A DNA stretch of 51,308 nt from Octopus bimaculoides (taxonomy: Eukaryota). The notes under the pieces are model-generated. The model saw nothing but the letters and a program-made list of their open reading frames with translations, searched no databases and was not told the DNA's origin. Made by a program: the position numbers and the translations under genes. The stretch lies in contig NC_069003.1 in the NCBI RefSeq assembly GCF_001194135.2, forward strand, positions 27,662,057 to 27,713,364, in the 5' to 3' direction. Shown in pieces: positions 37,651-48,599 of the stretch (its first letter is position 1; every line of letters starts with the position of its first letter).

Positions 37651-38699
37651 ACATACATACATACATACATACATACCTACAGACAGACAGACTGACATGA
37701 AAACAATATCATGACAGCAATATCGCACAAAAGCGTGAGATGTGAGAGATGCCGCGGGAGCGGAGGAATTTTGTCACAGCATTGCTGAATTACAAGAAAT
37801 TGTTGAAACGTGATTGATTGCTCTGTAACTGATATTATATAGAGTCGTAGGATTATATTTCAAGGAGAGCTTCTCTGTGTGATGCTTCTTATACTTGTAT
37901 AAAGCCTGCTGCTGGCTTAAAGGAAGACAGAAACATCATAAATGAGATATAACTATCTTGTATACGACCTGAAAGATTAAGTTATGAAGAATGGAACTTT
38001 GTGAAGAACCTTGATCTTTCCGTGACATCTTCAAAACATATTCGATGATGTTTGACCAAAATAGATGTTCTTTCCTGATTGCGTATGCGGGTATTTTGAA
38101 AATATCTCACGGTGTGACAACCGTACCCTGCATAGTCATGGGCAAGGCATAATACCCGTTCAGCCACCCTGCAAGGGATACGGCGAGGTCATGGGACTGC
38201 AGCATGGCAGATCGTGAAGAGGTAGCGAAAGAACTCAACTGAGCCAATGGTGCTTCTTACACTGATGCTGAACTGAGGAATCCTAGAAGATCAACTGTTA
38301 GGGTCACGATGCTCTATTAAGAGAGTAACTGCAACGCATTCATCGGGGTAGCATCCATGGTTGTGCAATCAGCTAATGAAACGTTCATTATGGCTCAAGC
38401 TCCAAATTCAAATTCATAATAATGGAATTCGATGAATGCGACAGGGAATCACGGGAATCTGCGAAAGCAGCGAAAGAAAAAGAATGTGGGAAAGCTACAA
38501 GCCCGTCTAATGACATCTCTATATATCAGTTACACGAATGACAAGAAATGCTGCACGTACCTAGAGATAGAGGAAAATGTACCCTATGATGAACCTAGTA
38601 ATGAAGAACGTATTGCCAGGGTGTATAGCACCCGGATAAACAATAATATATGATCTACAGCACTCTCTTCATGTAATAAATCAGTTTATTTGCATTGTG

Positions 38700-39291
38700 G
38701 GATCTATTTTAAAACGGGGGCCACATTTTTCATTAATGTTTTACGTAGTGTTTTTGGTACGGAAAGACTTTCAAACTTCGTAGACTTATCTATTTTGTGT
38801 CATAGAACAGAAAAATATTTTTGTATTCGAATTTATTTCATGTAAAAAATTGTCTTATTTCGATAATTTCAACCAATCACTGACAAGTATTCAGTTGTTT
38901 ACATTTACTCCTTTGGCTGATTAAGCGGTGTAAAGCGTATTTAATCTCCATACCTTCGTTTTATTTGCTTTTTTCATTTTAAATTTGCTTTAACCCTAAC
39001 CCTAACCCTAACCCTAACCGTAGGGTTAGGGTTAGAATTAGGGTTAGGGTTAATTGTTTCAGAGTCGTTTGTTTATGTAGTCGGCACTTAATGTATATCG
39101 GCTGAATGGACGTCAGTGATTGGTTGAAATTACAGAAATACAACAACTTTAACATGGAATAATTTATGGATTTCTTTTTTTTAAAAGAAGACTAAGAGAA
39201 AAAGATGTTTTATATGACACATTCTACCAGTGTTCCAAGTTTCAAAGTGTTTCGTTAATGAAAAATGTGGCCCCCGTTTTAAAAAAGATCC
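38700..39291. mobile_element. 592-bp MITE with 37-bp TIRs, 8-bp TSD and central inverted telomeric repeat (possibly Merlin-like)
   Basis: TIR GGATCT(A/T)TTTTAAAACGGGGGCCACATTTTTCATTAA (one mismatch); GCATTGTG at 38692-38699 and 39292-39299; internal inverted match TAATTTCAACCAATCACTGAC / GTCAGTGATTGGTTGAAATTA. The superfamily call is inference from GG..CC ends plus the 8-bp TSD. Confidence 0.9.
38990..39053. repeat. Inverted (TAACCC)~5 / (TAGGGT)~5 telomere-like repeat
   Basis: TTAACCCTAACCCTAACCCTAACCCTAACCG-TAGGGTTAGGGTTAGAATTAGGGTTAGGGTTAA. Confidence 0.95.
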
Positions 39292-39481
39292 GCATTGTGT
39301 GTTGTGCTAGAACTCATACTAGCATATCGAGTATTCGATTAGACGTTAGGTAACCTAAGAGCTATTGAGGTTTAAACACGGCAACTATTAACCACCACTA
39401 AAAACATTTTCTACAACACCAATTATAATGAGTGATTCTACCTGAACGAAAATGGGAAAGTAAAGGTTTAGCATCAATTAA

Positions 39482-39812
39482 CCCTTTTACTGCGTAATTA
39501 AATTTCATGGTCATCAGCGTAATGGTGTTCATCGTCCAACAAAAAATGAAGCGAATCTTCTGCTTCTGCGATACTTTTTCAGTATCTCTTGTGGGTATGG
39601 TTTTCATATTCATTATTAAAAGTATTTGATTCTTGCTCTATAAAGAGACATTTGATGAAATATGTGAAATCATTTTTTAAATCTGAAAAAATGCCTTTTG
39701 TGAAATGTGCCACTAGGGGTGTCTCCCTTCTTGTCGAAGCCCAGGTGTAAAAACACCTACTCAGTAATTATAAAATTTCGAGTGGATATATCAGCTTTCT
39801 GCGTTCAGAGGG
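39482..39812. mobile_element. Degraded piggyBac-like MITE
   Basis: TTAA-CCCT at 39478-39485 and AGGG-TTAA at 39809-39816; termini match 10/16; the LINE-like frame appears to resume after the right TTAA. Confidence 0.5.
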
Positions 39813-39933
39813 TTAAAACAGTGTTTAAATGGAATCATGTCCCTTCAAAAACACCAATTAACCCCCAATTGCTGTAATGCATCAAAGGATCGAATTTGCA
39901 AAAATATAAGGAAAATAAGATAAAAAGTGTAAA

Positions 39934-40260
39934 GGTGCATGGTACAGTGGTTAGAATGTGTGGCTCCCAAACATGAAGTAGTGAGTTCGATTCCCAGACC
40001 GGCTGTGTGTTGTGTTCTTGAGCAAGACACTCTATTTTTACTTTGCTCCAGTTCACTCATCTGTAGAAATGAGCTGCGACGTTACTGGTGCCAAGCTATA
40101 TCAGTCTTTGCCTTTTTCTTTGGATAACATCAGTGACATGAAGAGAGATGGGAGGCTTGCATGCTGGTCTTCCACAAGCAACCTTGGTCTGACTAGTGCT
40201 TCGAAGGGGAGCTTCCGAGGTGCAATCCCTTGGTTATTCTTGACCGAAGGGGCTCTTTCA
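39934..40260 (+). mobile_element. CORE-like SINE, family B, long-tail subfamily
   Basis: TGGTACAGTGG (A box), GAGTTCGATTCC (B box), TGTGTTCTTGAGCAAGACAC; aligns with 15112-15450. Confidence 0.8.
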
Positions 40261-40304
40261 AGATCATACGTTTTGGAAAAGAACTACTCTTCTAAAAGTA
40301 TTCC

Positions 40305-40607
40305 TTGATCGATGTCAAGTGTTCTAGTTGATTCGATCAACGGAAACAGCCTGCTCGTGAAATTAACATGCAAGTGGCTGAGCACTTCACAGACACATGT
40401 TCCCTTAGTACAGTTCTCAGGGAGTTTCGGCGTAATACAAGGCTGGCTCTTTGAAATACAGGTGCTATTCATTTTTGCCAGCTTAGTAGACTGAAGCAAT
40501 TTGAAATATAGTACCTTGCTCAAGGACACAACGCGCCGCCGGGAATCGAACTCATGACCTTGCGATCATGAATCGAATACCCTGACCATTAAACCACACG
40601 CCTTCAC
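40305..40607 (-). mobile_element. SINE with family B head and the same 3' domain as 21583-21925
   Basis: CCTTGCTCAAGGACACAACGCGCCGCCGGGAATCGAACTC (reverse-complement B box) plus GATCAACGGAAACAGCCTGCTCGTGAAATTAAC. Confidence 0.75.
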
Positions 40608-41239
40608 CATATTGTACATATATACATACATACACATATACATACATGCATACATACATACATACACACATACATATATACATACTTTCAAGACTACCTA
40701 GGTAATTTTATCTAAATTCCGATGGAAGAGCTCTATTTCTGGGTTAGAAACCGACTGATCGTATATTGGTGAAAAATGAGATTCACGGGTAAGAACATTT
40801 ATTTCGACCAAACATCATCTTATATCCTTTTAGAATGTCACAGCAAGATCAACGTTCTTCACAAAATTCCTCTTCTTTTTTTTCCTCCCTTATATTTTCA
40901 GGTCGTATACAAAATAGCTATATATCATTTATGGTGTTTCTATCTTTCTTTAAGCCATTAGCGGTTTTACTACAAGTAAAGACGCTCTCCTTGAAATAGT
41001 AGCCTGCGATACTTCATAATATCAGTAACAAGACAATCAATCACGCATCAACTGTTTCTTGTAATCCTGCTATGCTCTGACAAAAATCCTTCAATTCGGC
41101 AGAAAGAACCTCTCAGATCACAGTTTTGTGTGGTATTATTGTAAAATTGTTATGCTGTGTGATATTGTGTGATATTACAATACCCTGCCAGAATCTGGTA
41201 TACAATACCCTGCCATAATATGTACGAACAGGGTCATTG

Positions 41240-42440
41240 TGCCACGAACAATAAGATCTGAATAAGCTCATGGAAAATGAGAAGTATGAATTTATATTGC
41301 GCAGATACTAATCAACAATATGATGCAATAAAAACAGTAAAGAAAAGCAAAAATTTCAGTGCAGCGTGGCTAACCTATCAGAAACCTTGTGACAGTACAC
41401 TATATGGTCGAATTATCAAAGCGTTACAATTAGCCAATGTTACACAACCACAGGGAATTGCTATTCAACATGTAATTAAGAGTTAATACGCAATTGCTTC
41501 TCAGAGCTGATAATCAAATCAGATCTAATAGCATACATTACCAACAAGGCTTTCTGCGGACTGAATTTTGTAGAGCCGAAGCTACTACTGTAATCACAAA
41601 CACAACTGGGTTACTGAGGAGAATATTCCTCGCTGACAGCTTGTCTACAATGCTTTTCCTCATAGCAGCGAACCCCTTGTCAGCATTGTAGTGGACATGT
41701 AAATGCTACATGCTAAAGTATGGAAAAAAAATTCGTGCAGCTCATACTTGATTTTCTGTTCATTACTTTAAGCTGTACTCTTCTAACATTCACGGCACCA
41801 AGAGACAAATAGAATTTGTTGCAACATTCCCACAGGAGACAGGAATTGGATTTGAGTTAATCGGGAAAAGATTGTTGACTATACGTGAAATATGGATATC
41901 AATGAGATGCCTATCATTCGCTATCTCAGACTTGACTAAAATATTTCAAAAACTGGCGGTGAGAGTTAAGTTACAGGAACTAAGAAATATTTCGGTAGAC
42001 TCCAAAAGGTATCAATCAAAAAGCGCTGTCGATATTCAATAAGACTATGTTCCATAACGCCTTTGTAGAGTCAGTGCTAGTATCAACATTCTCAAAGTCA
42101 TTAAGTATGCAAGTATTTATGTGTATGTACTTATGTGTATGTATGATATAAGAAGCCCATTGAAGATCTTCGTAAAACGTCTAACCTTATTCAGTCACTA
42201 AAGAAATAACAGGACCACTGTTAAAGTCAAGACAGGAATTTGTGACTGTGTGAATGTGTGGGCATTTGAAGGGATCTATAACTTTGAGATCAAGACTAAG
42301 ATATTGACCACAAGTGGTGGCTCCTGGGTCAGGTGAGAGAGCCACTGTGACACTGATTGGAGGAATGTTAACGGTAAAGGTGAAGTTAGAGAAATAAGGC
42401 CAGCCCAAGCAACTTTGAGTAACACTGAAATAAAGTCATA
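41240..42440 (+). mobile_element. R4/Dong-like LINE reverse-transcriptase fossil
   Basis: AAWLTYQKPCDS (for AWIDYKKAYDS); RRIFLADSLSTMLFLIAANPLSAL (for RGIFQGDSLSPLLF..A.NPLS); HYFKLY (for DDLKLY); WAFEGIYNFEIKTKILTTSG (for WT.EEI..IDIKTRKIL..TG). Confidence 0.75.
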
Positions 42441-42558
42441 AGAAATTGAAAATTAAATAGGTACTCTATCAGGTTAGGTCAATGAAATCTTGTTATTGGT
42501 GCCATATAACCCAAGACTATCTGTTTCATGGTTGGGTGGTCGGCTACTAAATGTGTTT

Positions 42559-43010
42559 CCTCAGTGCCTCTAATGCTAAACCTTGTTTCGTGATAATATT
42601 TCAGGATTCCGTGATGGCGATTAATGGTTATTCTTTAGTCATTCGCGAATACTCATAATTCATTTACCCTCAGTGCCTCTAATGCTAACCCTTGTTTCAT
42701 GATATTTCTGGATTCCGTGATGGCGATTAATGGTTAATCTTTAGTCATTCGCGAATACTCATAATTCATTTACCTTCAGTGCCTCTAATGCTAACCCGTG
42801 TTTCGTGATGATATTTCAGGATACTGTGATGCAGGTTTATGGTTAGTCTTTAGTCATTCGCGAATTGTAAATCATTTACCTTTAGTGTCTCTAATGCCAA
42901 CACACGTTTCCTGACAATCTATCGGTGTACCGTGATAGTGATTGCTGGTTTGCCTTTAATCTTTAATTGTTGATGAATAGTCATAAATCATTTACCGCCA
43001 TTGCCTCTAG
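42559..43010. repeat. Minisatellite, ~4.2 copies of a 106-116 bp unit
   Basis: Unit starts (CCTCAGTGCCTCTAATGC-like) at 42559, 42668, 42774, 42880 and 42996. Confidence 0.92.
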
Positions 43011-44426
43011 CAATATAGAAGAGATGAAAGAAATGATGAGAAGAAGCAGAAAAGCCAATGATTGCACTGAAAGTGGTTTAGTCCGTTCTTAACTTTATAT
43101 CTTTCAGCTTTCATCTCTTTCTTTCATTGATCTTTTAACTCCAAAACTCCAGCTGAGAGACCAGCCAATGTTAGATATACATACATACATACATACATGA
43201 ATACACTCATACACATGCAGGCACAGAAATACAGAGGCACACACGCTTATTTAATATACAGCTACGCATGTGTAGATTCACCATTGTCATGTTTCTATCC
43301 ATAATACCGTATAACATATATATACCTATATATGTATGTTTACATATATGCATATATGTATGCATACATACATATATATATATGTATACATATATATATA
43401 TAAATATATATGTACTTATATATATACACACACTTACATATATATACAAGCACATACGCCCACACACTCTCATATATACAAGAATATATGTGTGCATGTA
43501 TATATACTCATGTTTGAATGTGTGTTTACTTGTAAAATTGAAGCCATGCGCCCAAACGCCTAATGCTTACGCATAGACCTACTCATAGTATGTACATATG
43601 CATGCACCTGTAGATATACAAATATAACGCATATACAAACATGCATTTATACATGTGAGTGTGTGTGTATGAATGTATGTCCGTATGTATGTGTATATAT
43701 ATATATATATATACAATATATATTTGCATATACACGCCTACTTACATACGTATATATACATATACTTATACAAATACACACATACATAGGCAAATATTCA
43801 CGAACATAATACATACAAACACATATATACACACAAAAATAATACACACATACACACACACACACGAATACATACATTTATGTATTTATGTAATATCACG
43901 TACACCATCACGCTTATAACTTTTGACTTTAAATCTCTTTATGGACAGACAGATTTTTTTTTTTTATCTCGCTCTTAATGTATATTCTCTGATCGTTTGC
44001 TAAATTTATATATGAGGGTCTCTGTATATGTCCATGTATTTAGATATGATCTATGTGTATATAAATATGTGTCTATCTGTGTGCTTTGTATGTAAATGCG
44101 TGTTTGTGTATATATGTATAAAATTTTGTTGCCCCTCGATTTCTGTTTTGTTTTGTGTTTTTTTTAAATAAAGTAAGACTACTCAGAATAAGTGAAATAT
44201 TTTAGAGAAGAAAAAACTGATTGAAATCGATTTGGGAAGTTCGCCAGAGAACTGCATAATACTACCAATGGTGTATGTATATATATATAAATATGTGTGT
44301 GTGTATGCGTGTGTGCATGTGAATATATATATATAGCTAGATTGATAGACAGGCAGATAGACAAAGGCAGACACACACACAGACAGATAGATAGATAGAT
44401 AGATAATGACTATATATGTGAGTACA

Positions 44427-44474
<48 letters not shown>

Positions 44475-45363
44475 TATACATATAAAGTTATACATGCACA
44501 TGCATATAGCTAGATAAATAGATAGATAGTTAGTTAGACAGATTGATGGACATACATACAGACAGACAGATAAATAAATAGATTTTTTAATACATAATTT
44601 CATAAACCTATATGTGTATATGCGAAAGATAGATCTAACGCGCGCGTGTGTGTGCCCGTAACACCTTTGTATATCAGTATTCTACCAGTGGAGGACGTTA
44701 GTAAAACGACATCGAAAGCAGTGTTGATGTCAAGTGGAGAACATCAGTGAGTGGTGAGACTTCATCTATATAAACACACATTCATACACACACTATACAT
44801 GCGTACGTATATATGCAGGTGCTGACTTGGGTTCTGATTTACGCACGCATATTCACATATTTTACATTTATGTGCCTACGCTTAAATATGTATGCATATA
44901 TATATATATATATATATANNNNNNNNNNNNNNNNNNNNNNNNNNNNNNNNNNNNNNNNNNNNNNNNNNNNNNNNNNNNNNNNNNNNNNNNNNNNNNNNNN
45001 NNNNNNNNNNNNNNNNNNNNNNNNNNNNNNNNNNNNNNNNNNNNNNNNNNNNNNNNNNNNNNNNNNNNNNNNNNNNNNNNNNNNNNNNNNNNNNNNNNNN
45101 NNNNNNNNNNNNNNNNNNNNNNNNNNNNNNNNNNNNNNNNNNNNNNNNNNNNNNNNNNNNNNNNNNNNNNNNNNNNNNNNNNNNNNNNNNNNNNNNNNNN
45201 NNNNNNNNNNNNNNNNNNNNNNNNNNNNNNNNNNNNNNNNNNNNNNNNNNNNNNNNNNNNNNNNNNNNNNNNNNNNNNNNNNNNNNNNNNNNNNNNNNNN
45301 NNNNNNNNNNNNNNNNNNNNNNNNNNNNNNNNNNNNNNNNNNNNNNNNNNNNNNNNNNNNNNN

Positions 45364-45397
<34 letters not shown>

Positions 45398-46039
45398 GAC
45401 AATAGTATGTCGAATAAATGTAATACATCTATAATGTATAGAGACTGAACATAAGTTGTGAGAAGCACTAAAACTTACTAAGTGCTAAACCTCGTTGACT
45501 AAACCAACATAAATAGTAAACTTTCTTCAAATAAATTTGAATTATTATTATTATTTTTATTTGAAAATAAAGCAGAATGAAAGTTGGTAGCACTAGTGTG
45601 AATCAGTCTCCACACTAAGAGTGAACTTGCAACATTCTCTCCCAATATTTCGTTGAAACAAGGATTGAAATGCGAACCAGTTATGTTTAACTTGGCTAAC
45701 GAACGGAACGATTTTTCTTCATCTGCACACTGACAAAAAACTTTACAACATACCCACGACTCACTAACATCTACATACAAGCATGTCTTATGCACAACAC
45801 CCACTTAACATCAAGCTTTACCAATTTCAGCTTGTTCTTACTCCCTCTAATGCACACACACACATACACATACATAAATTGACTTCACACAAACTTCAAC
45901 ATACTTTTCCTTCCTTATCACGCTCATTTTATTTCCAGCATGCTTGTCCTTCTCTGACAAAAAATACATTCTTTACTCCACTCACTACCTGGTATGCTTA
46001 TACAGCATGTCTTATCTGTGACCCAACATCTATCTTTCC

Positions 46040-46125
46040 TTACAGCTTTATTCAATCTCTTCTTTGTTCATCTATTTTGATGATAGACAACAGTCCGAAA
46101 CGTCAATTATTTTGACTTTCCTCCA
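46040..46125 (+). mobile_element. Penelope-like terminal-repeat remnant with degenerate minimal hammerhead
   Basis: TTGATGA-T-AGAC-AACA-GTCC-GAAA-CGTC at 46077-46104, downstream of a C/T-rich tract. Confidence 0.45.
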
Positions 46126-46488
46126 CTGTAACGTAATTACATTATGAAAGTAAATACTTCAGTATTAAACGCGGATACCCACAATCACACACACACACAC
46201 ACACACACACACTATCTCTCTCACAAACACATATACTCAATCGTACTCTCAAAGAGACACCGACAATTGTAGACACCACACATGCAGATACATTATCTCT
46301 ATATTTAGACTACTTTTGTTTTGCTTTATGCTGTCTTTTGCTCGCATCTCACCTGAGTAGTATTGTAGTTCTTGACATACAAAAAGACGGGATGGTCATG
46401 ATTGGAATACCTTTTGAACATTGATCTTCTGAAGCAGGCTTAACTTGTGGCAAAAGAACAACAGCTCGTCACTGGCATTCACACTTAC

Positions 46489-46534
46489 CAACATGTGAAA
46501 TATTAATGGAAGCTTCGCACAAAAGATCCATGAA
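46489..46534 (-). other. Candidate 46-nt exon
   Basis: Acceptor TTTGTTCATCTGATAG and donor TTG|GTAAGT; two frames open (FMDLLCEASINISHV or SWIFCAKLPLIFHML). Confidence 0.25.
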
Positions 46535-46640
46535 CTATCAGATGAACAAATCACGCATATATTCATTTGACGGGGAGACAATAGCAATGGACTGCTGCGC
46601 AGTTCAGTGCAGGAACAGGAAATGTGAGAATCTCATCAAA

Positions 46641-46677
<37 letters not shown>

Positions 46678-47067
46678 AGTTGAATCTGTACCTTCAGCTT
46701 CAGTAACTTAATTATGGCTTTCTAATGCATACCTATAATTATTGATGTAATTGATTAGGTATTGATCTTGCCATGAAAACGCAAATAAAAAGACTTGATG
46801 TGAATTGTTCAAAGCTCTCCTAATGTTCTCTGTAGGACTTTATCAAATTTCAATGGGGGACCTTTGTTCTTTGATAGAGGTCGGCCTATTCGTTATTTAA
46901 CAGCTTAAAAGACAAAAATAAGAATAAAATTTTGTGTGTGCATATATATATACGTACATACATACGTGCATGCACACGCAGATAGACAGACACATTCATA
47001 CAAACATATAAGCATGAGCGCATGTATACATACATACACATGCATGCACACACACATGTATATGAAT

Positions 47068-47103
<36 letters not shown>

Positions 47104-47632
47104 CAAGCAGGCAGACAAAAAGATAGATAGATAGTTACATATATATATCACGCACACACAGACACACAAAAACTCATACTAATATATATGTACATATGAT
47201 ACATATGTACATTAAAATAGACACGCACATGCACTCGTGTGTGAATGCATATGTGTGACTGTATGTGTGTGCCTATGTGTTCGTGAGTGTGTGTGTGTGT
47301 GTGTATATCTGTGTCCACAAACATAAATCGCGTGTGAGATAAAAGAAGAAAAGTATGTCTCTTTCTAGCAAATTCACAAGTGTACTATCCTGTAGTTAAG
47401 AGGAATAATGTTTTCACAATTCACTGATTATAGGCCATTCTCTGCCACCCGAAATCTCCAACCCACTCCCCATCCACCATTTGCCATTCTTCCACCAATG
47501 TCTGTCGTTCTACTAATCAACTACAATTTCCCCCATCAAATGTTCAGAATTTATAATTCCTCTCCATTCTACTTGTACAAGTCTATATTTGTGAGATGAG
47601 GAATTTATGTTTGTATACTGTTTATATTAGAG

Positions 47633-47975
47633 GGACTGGTATCCTTGTCTCTATTGTTGATTTTTCTACGTTTTGCTTGTTGTACTTTCAGCCCTCTTTA
47701 GTTGTCTTGTGTTGAACTCGGTTGTTGTATCGGAATTTCAGTTGTGGGTAAGGCACTAAGGTAATTTGCCAAAAAAATCAACTGAAGCAAAAACAAAAAA
47801 GAAAAATTGTCATGAAACGCAGAGGGCAGAATGGGAACAGTGTATACCCCTGTAGATCAAATAAAAGGTTAGATTCGAAACAACCGAGTTAAACACAAAG
47901 CACCTGAAGAAAAAGCTGGAGGGTACAACAGCTGAAACGTAATGAAAGTAGTAATAATGATATGGACACCAGTCC
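47633..47975. mobile_element. Inverted pair of Penelope-like terminal repeats, each with a degenerate hammerhead core
   Basis: 47633-47736 aligns in reverse complement with 47873-47975; the + arm has CTGAAGA..AGCTG-loop-CAGCT-GAAACGTA (47904-47941). Confidence 0.55.
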
Positions 47976-48044
47976 AGCTAATATGAACAGCATACAGGTA
48001 CGGTATTGAAAAGTTTTCGTCGAACAAATCAACATTAGTAGAAT

Positions 48045-48285
48045 CTTTTTTAAAGTTTGGTACTTATTCTATCGGTTTCTTTTGCTGAACCGTTAAGTTA
48101 CGGTACATAAAGACAACAACGCCGGCTGTCAAGAGTTGGGAGTGAAGACAAAGACACACACATACACATATATGCAACAAGCTTCCTCTCAATTTCCGTT
48201 TACCAAATTCACTCACAAAACAATGATCGGCCCGAAGCTATAGTAGAAGACACTTGCAGTGGGCCTGAACCCGGAACCACGTGTG
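48045..48285 (-). mobile_element. SINE family C, degraded
   Basis: GGTACTTATTCTATCGG..GTTAAGTTACGG..CTATAGTAGAAGACACTTGC..CTGAACCCGGAACCAC. Confidence 0.7.
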
Positions 48286-48599
48286 TTAATGTCTAGCTTC
48301 AGCTAGGTCTAATCTAGAAGACCTGTAATTAAATGTGTTCCGGCAGAGACTATCCAGTCTTTTATTCAAACAGTGTATCAATTTGCACGTATAGGACATA
48401 CACACAGCGTCTCTAGGGCCATATTATCTGGTATATTTTTCCTCTTTCAGTATGGTAGCGTGATTTAAGAGACGCAGCTGTTATCACTACCAAGTTAATT
48501 ATATAGATATTTCCTCATCGGTTCAAATATCTCTTGTTTATCTCTCTCTGTCGCTGTCTCTGTCTCTGTCTGTCTCTCTCTCTCTCTCTCTCTTCTTAG

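Larger units (their letters stand above)
37750..39930 (+). mobile_element. Highly degraded R4/Dong-like LINE fossil interrupted by two MITEs
   Basis: TYLEIEENVPYDEPSNEERIARVY (~38555-38630) resembles the post-RT YLGI.ENI.Y....KE..EY segment; after the MITE, FD*TLGNLRAIEV*TRQLL resembles LDWT.EEI.AIDIKTRKIL, followed by a GKGL.SI-like segment. Boundaries approximate. Confidence 0.55.

Noticed and set aside
38990-39053. Ancestral telomere-telomere fusion site
   Set aside because: The orientation is CCCTAA then TTAGGG (opposite to a fusion), the tract is short, and it lies inside a TSD-flanked MITE.
42187-42408. 73-aa minus ORF and a plus-strand CAG|GTGAGA exon candidate
   Set aside because: The plus frame (WAFEGIYNFEIKTKILTTSG) is better explained as the post-RT region of the adjoining R4/Dong-like fossil.
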